Notes under the pieces: generated by a model | What the model saw: only the letters and a program-made list of their open reading frames with translations | Databases searched by the model: none | What the model was told of the DNA's origin: nothing | NCBI GenBank assembly: GCA_951406725.2 | Contig: OX597816.1 | Coordinates: 105,586,001-105,650,000 of the forward strand | Source of the DNA: Octopus vulgaris | Taxonomy: Eukaryota | DNA length: 64,000 bases | Reading direction: 5' to 3' | Part shown: piece by piece, positions 14,226 to 27,430 of the stretch | Numbering within the stretch: the stretch's first letter is position 1 | How the letters are laid out: every line of letters starts with the position of its first letter | Translations under genes and position numbers: made by a program

Positions 14226-14700
14226 GCTTTCTGTTTGAGTAGCGAAATTTTTGGGCGTTGTGGCTCTGATCCTGTGTTTTTCATACTTCACACTGCTTTC
14301 AGTTTGTCAATGTTTGAATTCTCTATCTTCCATACTTCTCAAACTCTACCCCATTACCACCATCATTGTTATAATTTCAGGAATCAGAGTAACAATGTTG
14401 TCGCTATTGTAGCTACAATAGTGACAACATGGATTTCTTCCATCTTCTTGCTCTGTTAAAGTATTTGAGAAAAATGATATTAATGTGTCCAGCTGATTAA
14501 AATTCTATTTATTTGTGCAGCCGATGATAGACCTGCATTTAAATTGATGTAATGATAGCATTGTTCAATTAAATGGAGCTGCTTGAAACAGTTGTACTGC
14601 ATCACTTCTTGATATCCTGTTGGTTATTTTGATTTTATTCACCTTACTTCGAGCTGTGTGTATAATACCAGATTGACTTGGTGCTTCAACTTAAATACCT
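13720..14700 (-). mobile_element. Possible decayed Penelope-like element (GIY-YIG endonuclease remnant)
   Basis: The minus frame near 14520-14560 reads LHQFKCRSIIGCT, resembling VYQFKC...YIGxT. The rest is heavily degraded. Confidence 0.35.
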
Positions 14701-14723
14701 AATTAAACTGAATCTCAATTATT

Positions 14724-14727
<4 letters not shown>

Positions 14728-14766
<39 letters not shown>

Positions 14767-14773
14767 CATACAA

Positions 14774-14828
<55 letters not shown>

Positions 14829-15670
14829 CATATTATATAGCAAAATAATATATAATTTTGTATAATGTTTATGTGTGTGTGTGTGTCAGAAATGCACAGT
14901 ATATACATGTAAAACAATTATGGTAGAATCAGTGACTTACACCATTTTGCTTAAGATTCTCTAAATGTATCATAGAAGATTGCCACATTTCATGTGACAG
15001 AAGGAAAATACTTTGACTCAATAATACAGACTAGCAAATATTTGTTTACTTGTATTTTCAAAACAGTAATTCTATTTAGCCTCTTTCATGTTGCATACAC
15101 AATTTGGTCACACCACATTTATGTTCATCTGCAAACACATGCAAACACTTACACATAAATGCACACATATCCTCTGTGTGTGTGATGTGTGTCTTTGCAA
15201 GTGCTTGCATGTGTGTGTACATATTTATATTTATATTATATATGTATGTGTATTCATACATATATGTATATGATAATGTTGATGACGATGATAGTGATGA
15301 TGATAATAATGATAACAATGTACACACATATATATATAACTCTATATGTGCATACACATACATATATGAGCAAATATGTCAGTGTATGTATATACATATG
15401 CATACACATACATATATACATACACACATAAATGTAAACATACAGGTATACATATATTTATACACATACATACATACATACATACATACATACATACATA
15501 CATACATACATACATACATGCATGCATGCATGCATATATACAGCCACTATAGTTGTTGCAAGTATGAATGCAGACAAATAATGTACATCATCTCTACATA
15601 TCTGGGTAGGTAGGTAGTTAGGTAGATATGTTGTTTGACAGATAGGTAAGTAGGTAGGTAGGTAGGTGGA
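14728..15670. repeat. Microsatellite field: (TA)n, (CA)n, (TACA)n, (TAGG)n
   Basis: Direct reading; explains the many spurious YI/HT/MYV ORFs. Confidence 0.9.
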
Positions 15671-15951
15671 CGAACAGAACAGATGAACAGATATATCTCA
15701 ATGCTTTATTTGAAGCAATCATAGTTAATATGGGAAATACGAAGAATGCACAAGAAAGAAATAACATTAGAGGATCGTATATTTTCCATGTAAATGCTGC
15801 AACACTGAAATAGAGTCATGTTTTAGATATAGTTCAATCTTCCACAGCATGCCCTGCAGCATGTTAAAGAGCCGTGCATAATACCGCAATTACACACACA
15901 TATACTATATATATAAATATATAACATATATATATATATATATATTATATA

Positions 15952-15986
<35 letters not shown>

Positions 15987-16014
15987 TATATACACACACA
16001 TATGCATAATATAT

Positions 16015-16051
<37 letters not shown>

Positions 16052-16053
<2 letters not shown>

Positions 16054-16772
16054 TCATCATCATCATCATCATCGTTTAACGTCCGCTTTCCATGCTAGCA
16101 TGGGTTGGACGGTTCAACTGGGGTCTGGGAAGCCCGAAGGCTGCACCAGGCCAGTCAGATGTGGCAGTGTTTCTACAGCTGGATGCCCTTCCTAACGCCA
16201 ACCACTCCGAGAGTGTAGTGGGTGATTTTATGTGCCACCGACACAGGTGCCAGACGAGGCTGGCAGACGGCCACGCTCGGATGGTGTTTTTTATGTGCCA
16301 CCGACACAGGTGCCAGACGAGGCTGGCAGACGGCCACGCTCGGATGGTGTTTTTTATGTGCCACTGACACAGGTGCCAGACGAGGCTGGCAGACGGCCAC
16401 GCTCGGATGGTGTTTTCTTATGTGTCACCGACACAGGTGCCAGACGAGGCTGGCGGATGGCCACGCTCGGATGGTGTTTGTTACGTGCCCTCAGCACGGA
16501 GGCCAGTCATTGCGGTACTGGCTACGGTCACGTTCGGATGGTTTTCTTATGTGCCACCGGCACTGGTACCACAAGGATACAAATTCCATTGATGTTCATC
16601 TATTTTGATTTGGTTCGATTTGATTCGATACGATTCGATTCTCACTTGCCTCAACAGGTCTTCACAAGTGTCACAAGAAGGAAGGTATGCACAGGTGGAC
16701 TGACTACGTCCCAGGTAGGGGCCACGGATTATGGCTTCACTAGTCTTGCCGGGTCTTCTCACGCACAGCATA
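16052..16772 (-). mobile_element. Young 5'-truncated RTE LINE 3' end (or LINE-tailed SINE) with (GAT)n tail, inserted in (TA)n
   Basis: Starts with (CAT)n + cgtttaacgtccgctttccatgctagcatggg. Homologous to 48050-48730 in reverse. CpGs retained. Confidence 0.85.
16231..16490. repeat. 63-64 bp minisatellite, about 4 near-identical units, inside the RTE 3' UTR
   Basis: Unit tgtgccaccgacacaggtgccagacgaggctggcagacggccacgctcggatggtgttttt(t)a starts at 16231, 16294, 16357 and 16421. Confidence 0.95.
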
Positions 16773-16773
16773 C

Positions 16774-16812
<39 letters not shown>

Positions 16813-16836
16813 TACACATAAATATATATAATATAA

Positions 16837-16872
<36 letters not shown>

Positions 16873-17224
16873 TATAAAGATATATATAATTTATAAATGA
16901 TATATATATGATATATATATATATAATTTATAAATGATATATATATATGATACATAAATATATAATATATATATATATAATCATTTAATGCGATGATGAT
17001 GATGACATATATACATATACATATACATATTACACATATAAATACATATGCATATATATATATATATATATACATATGCATATATATATATATGCATATA
17101 AATACATATGCATATATATATATATATATATATATGCATCCAACCCATGCTAGCATGGAAAATGGATGTTAAATGATGATGATGAAGATATATATGTATA
17201 TATATATATATATATACACATATA

Positions 17225-18430
17225 TATGATCATCTTAAAGAGTTCAATAAGATCTGATAAGCCAAACGGCTGCATTGGGCTGCAATGTCTAATCTGCAAG
17301 ATTTCTGTGGCTGGATGCCCTTTTCAATACCAAGCACTTTACATGAGTGCTGTTTCATGACACCAATGCCAATGAGTTCATCACTCCTTAACAGAATGGC
17401 GATGCAGTCTAGAAGAAGGTGTTTTGTGCCAAGTATGATAGAGGGCCTGGAGCAGGTATCTTGCTGTAGAGGGTATACATGGCTACCCTCAGAAGGCAAG
17501 TGGGGATAGGATGGTGGAGAAGAAGTGTCAAAGCATACTTTCAAGATGAAAGAAGGTAGATAAAAAGAGAAGACCAAGAATCGTGGAAGGATGACTGGGT
17601 GGGTAAGATCATGAGAGTGTGAAAGGAAAGTGTAAGACAGTAGAGATGAGTCTAGTGAATGCAGTGAACATAGATGGAGTCATTGACAATGTGAATCTCA
17701 GTTTGGGGAATGTCAGCAGGATAGGAGTGGGTAAGAGAAAAGGAAGTGATAGATGGTAATACATAAAAATGGGCAGTGTTTGGAGAGCAACAGTATAATA
17801 AAATTGTAGACAGACAAGAAGGAAGATGAAGTATGGGGAAAAAAGAAGATGCACAAAAGTTCAGAAGCACAGAGGGATGTAAGCAGGGGGTAACTTTCCA
17901 GCAATATGATACCTCTGTATATACTACTCACTAAGGCATCTCCTTTACTCTTGTAGCTGTTGACTATAATTCTGCTACACCAGCCACAAGGTATGATGCC
18001 TTCCTGTACAACTTGATTAACTATATAGGTGACAAAGCCATAGCCCACATTGCCAAATATTTTAAGCATCTCTTTAGTAGTTCCTAATGAACCAGGAACA
18101 TTCCTTGTCTTTATATCTTTCTGTCTATTATACTGCTATCAATTAAAATGCCTGATCCCTCTACTGCATTTACAATTGGAAGGCTCTGTTTCTCCCACGT
18201 ATTCAATATGTTTAGAAGCCTTTTGTAATAGTACTTCCATTTTACTTTCTTTTCAGAATCATGAAATGCACTATAATTCATCCACACACACACTTCTCTC
18301 GCGCAACATTTTGATATTTTCTTATACACTCTCTTGTTCTGAAACTTATATCTCTGGCCCTCACACTGTAGAACAAGATGAGCATTTTCCCAGTCAAAGT
18401 AGTATTTTTGTATTTCAAGAAAGGATGTGA
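17225..18430 (-). mobile_element. Decayed RTE LINE fragment (tether/RT start joined to 3' UTR)
   Basis: EMLKIFGNVGYGFVTYIVNQVVQEGIIPCGWCSRIIVNSYKSKGDALVSSIYRGIILL is the typical RTE 'P.DW..S.I...YKGKGD...NYRGI.LL'. Confidence 0.75.
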
Positions 18431-20301
18431 GGCACAGAATTAGACCAGTCCCTCAAGCTGTGGTCACTTCAAAATAATTATACAGTTGAAAAACATGGAC
18501 ATTTTATTGTTGAGACATCAAAAAGCAGGAGCATTTCCACCAACAAAAAATCCATCTTAAGTATCAAATGAAAACACTACATAAATAACAATGCTAACAG
18601 AAAGACCAACAGTTGAAGCGTAGAATCAACTATGATGAAAAACTATCTATAATAGTTGGGATATGCAATAAGAATGAAAGAAGAGAGGTTTCTTTGTTAA
18701 ATCTTCTTCAGCAAATTAACTACTAGCAAAAGATCATGAAGATGCCTTCTAAAATCAGCTTTCAAAATGGCTGGAATTGACACAAAACAGAAAAACTAAA
18801 GCCAGAACTACTCTAAATGGTATCAATCTATTGTCATCAGAAGTGACTTTCCTGAAGTCAAAAGAAAAAGAAAAGTTGAAGAAATATGCAAAGAACACAA
18901 AACTCAACAACAACCTTGCCCTCCACCATCTCTTCCTTACCATCTTTGTTGCTTCCTGTTTTACATGATGATTAAACTTTTCAGTCATCAACATTTATCA
19001 TGCTAGTGTTGTGCACCTGATCAAAAATCAGCTGTGCAAGAATCCATCAACTACCACCATGTGAATGTATACTTTCTCTCAGGAGCAGAAAACAGACATC
19101 CTGCATCAACCAACATCAACTTATAATCAGATATCTTCCTTATTAAGTAAAAATCTTCAGAGCTGCAACTAATCAACATTGTACAATGAAAGGTACGTCT
19201 GATGAGGTGTTAGAGTGGGGGTGAGTAGATGAGTGCTCTGTGCAAGAAGTGAAATAGAGTGGATTTTCATCCAGATTTTGCACAGGCAAAAAACAAGTAC
19301 AAATTCTTCTGTATAGATAATAATGATGGATTAGGACAGTCATGCTAGTGACAAAGAATTTGGTAAATAAAGTAACTAAGCATTGCAAAAAAACTGGTTT
19401 TATGAGGCCTTCTTTTGAACCATCTTAGTCATAAATTATAGCAAGATCACTATTTTGTAGTAACTGTTAGCAGACATGTTGAACAACATTGCAATGATTA
19501 CTCCAGGTTACATCATGGTTATGAATATAGTTTATGGAATAAACTGAGCAGTTAGTTCATTTGCATCTGCTGTGATGCAAATGAAGTATTTACAACATGA
19601 AGTTCAAGAAACCAACCACAGGAAATGTAACAGATAAATAGTTACTAATACTAAATTTTATCCCCGGTAAAGAATAACTATTTTAATATTGACTAGTTAA
19701 TTAGTAATTGCAGAATAAGAGCTAGATGGAATCAGAGAGAAAAGCTAATCTGGAGTTGTAATTGGTGGAAACTGAATGCATATAGATGAGGATAGTCAGG
19801 TAAAGAAATACCAGAATATTCAAGTCAAAGAAAACTGCAGATGAAAAAAACTGAGGAATACATGGGCAGAAGTGTAAAAAGCCAATCTCAGTATGCTGGT
19901 TCTTACAAAAGGGACAGCAAAGGAAAGCAACAAAGTGCGAAACCATTATGCTGAAGAGAATTCGATGAATTCATGCAAGCATGGAAAAATAAACATAAAA
20001 ATGATGGTGATACCCATAAACAAATGTGTATGTACAGACACCCTACATGGGAACGCATACATATATATATATTTATACGTATACACACGTCATGTGATGT
20101 TAATGTGAATAAGATAGCAGGCAATTCTGTTATCCATTAGACAGCCTGCAGTCAGTCTGTAATAGCAAATAAATGCTTATGTCGCTTGTAAACAGGTATA
20201 GATATTTATGTGTAAACATAAGAATAGACTAAACTAATTATATTTCTTCCTCTTTCTATCTTTGCCTCAAAGCTCATAAATATATACATGCTTACATACA
20301 T

Positions 20302-20332
<31 letters not shown>

Positions 20333-20366
20333 TATGTAGGTATGTATATATTGATCTATCTATATC

Positions 20367-20403
<37 letters not shown>

Positions 20404-21084
20404 TATATATATATATATATATATAGGAGTGAGTGGTCAAACAAAAGAAGGGCATTCAACCAGTTTATTGGTTGATCCATATATATATATTTTGATCCAT
20501 ATATATATGTATGGGTCAGTCATAGCTCTGTGGTTCTAATGTTCATAACCATGTCTTTCTTGGCAAAATACCACTGTTCTGTGTATAAATATGCATGTGT
20601 ATGAATGCATATCCTTACCATCATCACTATTGTTTTAACATCCACTTTTTTCTAGCTTGCATGGATCAGATGGATGCCATTCCAGTTGCCAACACACATC
20701 CACTTTCAGGTAAGGTAATGTTCCTCATGGGCAGAAATGTTTTCACAGAAGACTGGAAACAGACAGCACCTCTTGCATGATGGTACCAGTTATTTACAAT
20801 TATTGCACAATGAGACACACATGTGCACACACACACACACACACATTCAACAAGCTTTTCCTAGTTTCTGTCCATCAAGTTCATTCACAAGGTTTCAGTT
20901 GGCCTGAGGCTACTGTAGAAGACACCTGTCCATGGTGCTGTGAAGTAAGACTGGTTGAGACAAAACTTCTCAGCCATTCACCCATTATTCCAACACACTC
21001 ATAAAGTCACTTATATACATATTTGTGTGTGTATATATATATATATACACAGCCACACATCCACATACACTTATATATATATAT

Positions 21085-21785
21085 AAAGTTGGGTATAAGA
21101 CCTATCAGATGTGGTGTGCAAGAGAGACAACTGGTATGGTCATGTGATGTGTATGGACAAGGACAGCTGTGTAAAGAAGTGCTGATCTCTAACTGTGGAG
21201 GGAACCTGTGGTAGAGGTAGACCTAGGAAGACATAGGACAAGGTGGTGAAGCATGATCTTTGAACTTTGGGCCTCACAGAGGTAATAGCTAGTGACTGAG
21301 ACCTTTAGCGATATACTATGCTTGAGAAGACTCATCAAGCCAAGTGAAATCGTAGTCATGGTTGATGCTGGAGTCATGTAACTGGCACCTGTGCTGGGAG
21401 TACATAAAAAGCACCTTTTGAGTGTCGGGCCGCAGAGAGGCAAAGTGGTTGATGCCAGTGGCATGTGAAAAGCTTATTTCAAGTGTTGGATCTCATGGAG
21501 GCAATGACCGAGACTTTTGGCTTTATGTTGTGCTTGAAAAGAAAACTCAGCAAGCCAAGTAAAAATGCAGTCATGGCAGATACTGGCATCATGCAAATGA
21601 TATCCATACCAGCGACATGTAAAAGCACCCATTACACTCTCAGAGTGGTTGGCATTAGGAAGAGCATCCAGCTGTAGAAAACAGACTGCTGTCTGGTGCA
21701 GCCTTCGAGCTTGCCAGCCCTGGTCAAACCATCGAACCCATGCCAGCATGGACAACGGACATTAAATGATGATGATGATGACGAT
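21085..21785 (+). mobile_element. RTE LINE 3' end (ORF2 C-terminus, 3' UTR, (GAT)n tail)
   Basis: Homologous to 47860-48730 (IRCGVQERQL.W.GHV; GRGRPRKT). Ends in GATGATGATG. Confidence 0.85.
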
Positions 21786-21789
21786 TACA

Positions 21790-22102
21790 TATCATCATCA
21801 TCGTTTGACGTCCGTTTTCCGTGCCAGCACAGGTTGGACGGTTCGACCGAGGTCTGGGAAGCCAGGAGGCAGCACCAGGCTCCAGTCTGATCTGGCAGTG
21901 TTTCTACAGCTGGATGCCCTTCCTAACGACAACCACTCCGTGAGTGTAGTGGGTGCTTTTTACGTGCCAGGGGAGTCTGGCAGCGGCCACAATCGGTTGG
22001 TGCTTTTTACATGCCACCGGCACAGAAGCCAGTCAAGGCGGCGCTGGCGTCGGCCACATTCGGATGGTGCTTTTTACATGCCACCGGCACAGAAGCCAGT
22101 CA
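21790..22102 (-). mobile_element. RTE 3'-end copy in opposite orientation, tail-to-tail with the previous copy
   Basis: (CAT)n + cgtttgacgtccg...ctggatgcccttcctaacg..gtagtgggtgcttttta. Confidence 0.85.
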
Positions 22103-22104
22103 AT

Positions 22105-22788
22105 TGTGAGCCGCAAGGGCCTTCGTTTTTGGAATCTCCACTTATAGAAATGGAAAAAACGGTCTTTGACTGCCATTTCTAATTCCTTCGGTATGAGGCG
22201 AAACAGCTCGCTGCTAGCCAACTTATTTTTCTTTACTATATACTGAACCTTACAAAGGTCTTGACAATTATTTTGTCGTATTTACATACCGAAATTTACC
22301 GGTAAATAATTATGGTTACATGAAAAACCACAGGAAAATTATTTACCATTTTTATTGTATTACCATGTGGATTCCTCATTCCATTATGATTACCCAGAAG
22401 GCGCGCATGGCAGAATTTTGGAGGGAAAATTTACGTTCCCAGTCGTTACTTGGTTTTAGCATCTGCGCACTTCCCCCCACTATCTGATGTCGCTGGGTCA
22501 GAAGTGAGGGCGGGTGGCATTTGATAAAGCTAACGAATATAGCGCTGAAGAAGGAATTCAAACTCCCCTTTTTTTTATATGTTTGTGATCCAGAAACACC
22601 GTGTTCGCTATTAACGGTAAGTGACTGAATTCGTATATTTGCCACTCCGGTTTTGTGTATGTGAGCCACAAGGGCCTTCGTTTTTGGAATCTCCACTTAT
22701 AGAAATGGAAAAAACGGTCTTTGACTGCTATTTTTAATTCCTTCGGTATGAGGCGAAACAGCTCGCTGCTAGCCAACTTATTTTTCTT

Positions 22789-22797
<9 letters not shown>
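22105..22797. repeat. Direct repeat pair (22105-22242 and 22660-22797, 138 bp, offset 555) around a CpG-rich core
   Basis: About 3 mismatches by eye. Both copies give the minus-strand peptide LASSELFRLIPKEL..AVKDRFFHFYKWRFQKRRP. Confidence 0.92.
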
Positions 22798-22835
<38 letters not shown>

Positions 22836-22839
22836 CAAA

Positions 22840-23052
22840 AATTGTGACCACGTGTGTATTGTTGGCGACTTTTTTCCTCCGTCTTCCCTTCCTTGGATCT
22901 TTCCTTTTCCTATGTTTCTGATGAAGAGCTCTGCTCGAAACATTAAATCCTCCTTCTTTCTTTCCTTTCCTGAGCATCCAATAACACTATACTTGTTCCA
23001 TGTCCTCACATTGTTGTGTTTTCTCTTTGTGTTTTCATGTTTGGATTAACTT
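22840..23052 (+). mobile_element. Penelope-like terminal repeat fragment
   Basis: Pyrimidine-rich repeat with an inverted homologue at 8850-9050; carries a hammerhead-like core. Confidence 0.6.
22915..22947 (+). ncRNA. Minimal type-I hammerhead ribozyme-like motif (this copy probably inactive)
   Basis: TTT-CTGATGA-A-GAGC-TCT-GCTC-GAAAC-ATT-AAA: CUGANGA and GAAA boxes, 4-bp helix II, short helix I. Confidence 0.5.
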
Positions 23053-24021
23053 TATACACATACATATGATGGAAATCTTCTGTCCAAGATGACATATGAG
23101 CTTTCAGTGAGAAGACACAAAAGCAAAAAAACATCCAACCAGGAATCCCAAATTAATAGCAGAAACAGAAAAACAAAAATCTGGATCCACCAGAAAACAA
23201 TACTAACACACAAATAAGTAATCAACAACACACCCATACTACTACTGCTACTATTCACCAATGTTTACCATTCATTCACTTAACTTGGTGACTCTTCATA
23301 TGAATCTCTAGACCACCAATCAATTTGCAAAGATAATCACAAACACCACACAAGCAATGCAAATTACTTGAATCAATATGCATATGAGGCATGATTTATT
23401 AAATAAATCAGCACATGACTGAGAAACTGCAATGTAGACAATGGTGGTTCATGGGAAGATTGTTGTTCTGTTAGTTTATTTTCTTTTTTTCTTTAACTGA
23501 TTATGATGAAGTATGCTTTAAGTTTCAAAATTTTGAAGCTGAAAAATGCTCTCTTTCTTCTAGTCTGCATGGGTGCTTGCAAGATTCTTAAAGTTTTCTT
23601 TGCTAATATTCAGGCATTTCAAATTATCTTTGAAATACCTGAATATTAGAAGTGGCCAGCCTATATTGCATCATAAATTTTCAAGCTGACCTAAAAGATT
23701 TGTTTCAGGATTCAACCATTATTCATGCAAGAGATGTGTCCACACTATTGTATCTGAGACATGACTAAGAAAGACTCTATACCAAGTAAACCACACATTT
23801 CCAGGACAGTGCTATTCTTTACTCTATCATCCCACTTAACCATGCATACTTACTGTTTTCAAATCTATCAATGATGTGCCTGATGTCCTTGAGTATATTT
23901 GCAACTAGTATATTAGCAACAGTAAATCTCTTATTGTGTGAGATACGACTTTAGTTGCTGCTTTGAAACAATGTTGGTTGAAGATGTCACCCATAGTCCT
24001 GTATTCAAGAAACACGTGTTG

Positions 24022-24088
24022 AAAAGGCATAATCCAAAAATCCAGAAAAGGCATAATCCAAAAAATCCAGAAAAGGCATAATCCAAAA
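24022..24088. repeat. About 24-bp tandem repeat, about 2.7 copies (aaaaggcataatccaaaaatccag)
   Basis: Direct reading. Confidence 0.9.
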
Positions 24089-24129
24089 TTACAGTAAAAA
24101 AATAGTGCAAATAATATTGGTGCCAAAAC

Positions 24130-24680
24130 ACAACGTTTAGTACCATTTTGAACATCATAAGGCTGAGATTAACTATCATCTGAGAGATATCACTATGATA
24201 TTTAGCATTTGCTCAGAAACCTCAAGCTTTGTTAATACTTTCCACAAAGACTTTTGTAAGATCTAAACACCACATAGAAACTTTACAGTGCTTGAGAGCT
24301 TTCTTCTGAGCTTATCACAAACTGCATATCATATCCATTGTCTTCTGACCTGACTTAAACCACACTAACTCTCTAGATACACAGAATTAATTAAGTCAAT
24401 ATTAATTCTGCTTAAGATGACACTAGAGAAGATTTTTCCTGCAAAAGAGAGCAGTGAAATACTAATAGTGAAACTCATACCAGATACACTTTTTTCTGCT
24501 TCAGATTTACCAATCCAGAAGAAAGTAAATGCTATAACTACTTCATTCAACTGACCAGAATCTGGTAGCCCTGTCTCCAAAAGAACAGCAATGCTAACAT
24601 TTTTACTTCTCAGAAACAGAGCTATAAATGCTGTTTTGCATTCAGGATGCTTCTTGTGGCCCTGAAGACATGGCATCACT
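24130..24680 (-). mobile_element. RTE/BovB-type LINE fragment with internal deletion
   Basis: APE N-terminus (IAVLLETGLPDSGQLNE...TFFWIGKSEAE...GMSF) fused directly to the RT start (ISLLSFAGKIFSSVILSRI...VYLES). Confidence 0.7.
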
Positions 24681-24694
24681 CACACACACATGCA

Positions 24695-25075
24695 TTATCT
24701 TTTACTTGTTTCAGTCATTAGACTGTCGCCATGCAGGGGTACCACCTTGAAGAATTTTAGTTAAATGAATCAACCCTAGCACATATTCTTTTCATGCTGG
24801 TACTTATTCTATTGGTGTTTCTTGCTGAACCACTAAGTTACAAGGGCATAAACACACCAACACCAGTTGTGAAGTGGTGGTGGTGATGGAGAACAAACAC
24901 AGCCATAAAAATACATACACATATATGACAGGCTGCTTTCAGTTTCCATTTACTAAATCCACTTACAAGGTTTTGGTCAGCCTAAAGCTATAGTTGAAAA
25001 CATTTGCCCAAAGTGCCACACAGTGGGACTGAACCTGGAACCATGTGTTCGGGAAGAGCAAACTTCTTAGCACAC
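24695..25075 (-). mobile_element. tRNA-derived SINE, family A (old copy)
   Basis: Reverse complement of the 37942-38361 consensus (ttttacttgtttcagtca...cagtgggactgaacc). Confidence 0.8.
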
Positions 25076-25615
25076 AAGCACATACTGAAGTAAATGTGTC
25101 TGTGTATCTGAGTCAGTACGTTTATATCTTTTAGTGAAGGATATAAATGTTGACAAAGAATAGGTGCCTTTCAAAGTCAACTGAGTTACCTTGCCATTCT
25201 CTCCACTAGAAATACAGAGAACCAGTGAATGTCCAATTATAAACCTATATCTAATGATGCTATTGTTCACAAATTGCAATATGAAATATAAATATAAATG
25301 TATGTATGCATGTATGTATGTAGGCATTTGCATATGTTATGTAATTTGTTAATGTAATATGTTTACAACTGTCTTCAGTAATAAAAATATACCATTCACA
25401 AATGCCCACATACAGATGCTTATGCACGCATATATACAGTATCTGTGCTATGAGAGTGTGTTTTACATTGTGACACATACATACGAAGGCAAGTAGTAGT
25501 TCATGAATTACATATGATTCCGATGTTTCAAGTATGGCTTATGGTAATATGTTGGTAAATTTTCTCATATGTATCATAATCAATATGAAAAGTGTGTGTG
25601 TGTGTGTGTGTAATA

Positions 25616-25670
<55 letters not shown>

Positions 25671-25914
25671 TATCTTTCATATTGATTATATATATATATC
25701 ATTGTTTTAGCATCCAAGTTTACATGCTTACATGGCTCAGATGCAATTTGTTGAGCACAGATGCCCTTCCTGTCACCAACCCTCACCTGTATCTAGGTAA
25801 AGTAACATTTCCCCATGGCCAGACAAGTTTTTCATGGAAGGCTGAAAATGAAAGACACCACTTGCATGAAAATTATACTTGTTTACAACTATCACATGAT
25901 ATCTAGAGAAAACT

Positions 25915-26240
25915 AAAATCTGGCACTTCGTTGGTTACAACAATGAGGGTTCCAGCTGATCAATGGAACAACCTGTTCACGTAATTAATGTGCAATTGGT
26001 TGGGCACTCCACAAATACGTGTATCCTTAATATAGTTCTCAAGGAGATTCAGCATGACACAAAATGTGACAAGGCTGGCCCTTTAAATACAGTTACTTCT
26101 CATTTTTGACAGCTGTGTGGACTGGAGCAATATAAAATAATGTAGCTTGCTTAAGGACACAGTACACTGCCAGGAATTGAACTCACAAACTTACAATCAT
26201 GAGCTGAATACCCTAACCACTAAGCCATGTGCCTTCACTT
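25915..26240 (-). mobile_element. tRNA-derived SINE, family C
   Basis: Minus-strand head ggcacatggcttagtggttaggg..gagttcaattcc (A/B boxes). Body homologous to 41740-41920 (ccagccttgtcaca...). Confidence 0.65.
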
Positions 26241-26448
26241 GTTAAAAGAAGAAAGCATGAACACAGGCATACATATGTGGGGTTTCTTTCAGTTTTTGTC
26301 CACTAAATCCACTCACAAAGCTTTGGTTGGCTTGAGGCTATAGTAGGAAACACTTGTCCAAGATGCCATAGAGTGGGACTGAACCTGAAACTATGTGGTT
26401 GGGATGCAAGCTTGTTAACCACAGTCACCTGCACTTACCTATCTGTGT

Positions 26449-26487
<39 letters not shown>

Positions 26488-27430
26488 TTGTGTAATAAGA
26501 CAAAAGCTTGTAAATAACATAAGAGCTAGTTTCACATCACAGTATTTGCAGGCATATCCCATAGATCAGTACTGATGCAGCAACAAGACATACAAACTGA
26601 TTTAAATAATTCTCTAGCATTTAGCAGCTGAAAAATCCATCATCAAATAACATTACGCTGTAAATGAAGTGTCTGCAATCAAAACATCCAGCAATCCTTG
26701 CAAATCAACAGCTGGCTCATCCAATGTGTACAGACATGACAGAATTTCAATGCCTCATCGTCAACATGGAGAAATGCAAGTAAAAAATGTTGATAGCTAA
26801 AGCGTAAATATTGTCAGATAAGGCTATAAATTTTCTAGTGAAGTATCTAATGAAGATACTTCTAACTCAATGCCATTATTTCTTTGTTTTATCTTCTTTT
26901 TATTGTTTTGGCTTTTAAAAATTTCTCTTCTATGTTTTAACTAATAAATCTAACCAAATAGAGCACACAAGTTTCATTTATACAAGAGTTTCATATTACG
27001 TTACTGAAATGCCTATATATTAGCTATTAAGATGAACATAGTTATTTTTGTTTTAAACATACTCAAAGTATTTAAAATTCACTTCAAACAATGGGTTAAC
27101 AAAAGATTCAAAAGATTAACTTAAAGAGAATCAAAACTTCAGTTGTGCTAGATTCACAGAAGTAGGGGCACACATGAAATAAAGTAATAAAGTTCATAAG
27201 CTGATAGGACAACTCCATAGTGATGGTTTTAGCCACTAGGTGACATATATTTTGTTATTGTTAAGCCCCATAACATCCCTTGTTGAACAAACCCATCATC
27301 AAAAAAAAGTCTAGCAATGAGTTGTTCCATCTGTTTTGGGGTATGCAGAACAACTTTGTCTCATCTGTCCTTTCCTCAAGACAGTAGGGTGTGGTTTGAG
27401 AGAGATTCAGCTGCTATGTCTAGTAGATTG

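Noticed and set aside
16231-16490. CRISPR-like regular repeats
   Set aside because: Head-to-tail units with no unique spacers, inside a eukaryotic LINE 3' UTR, and no cas genes.
14699-17156. Many ORFs of 60-199 aa
   Set aside because: They are translations of (TA)/(CA)/(TACA) microsatellites and the 63-bp minisatellite, not genes.
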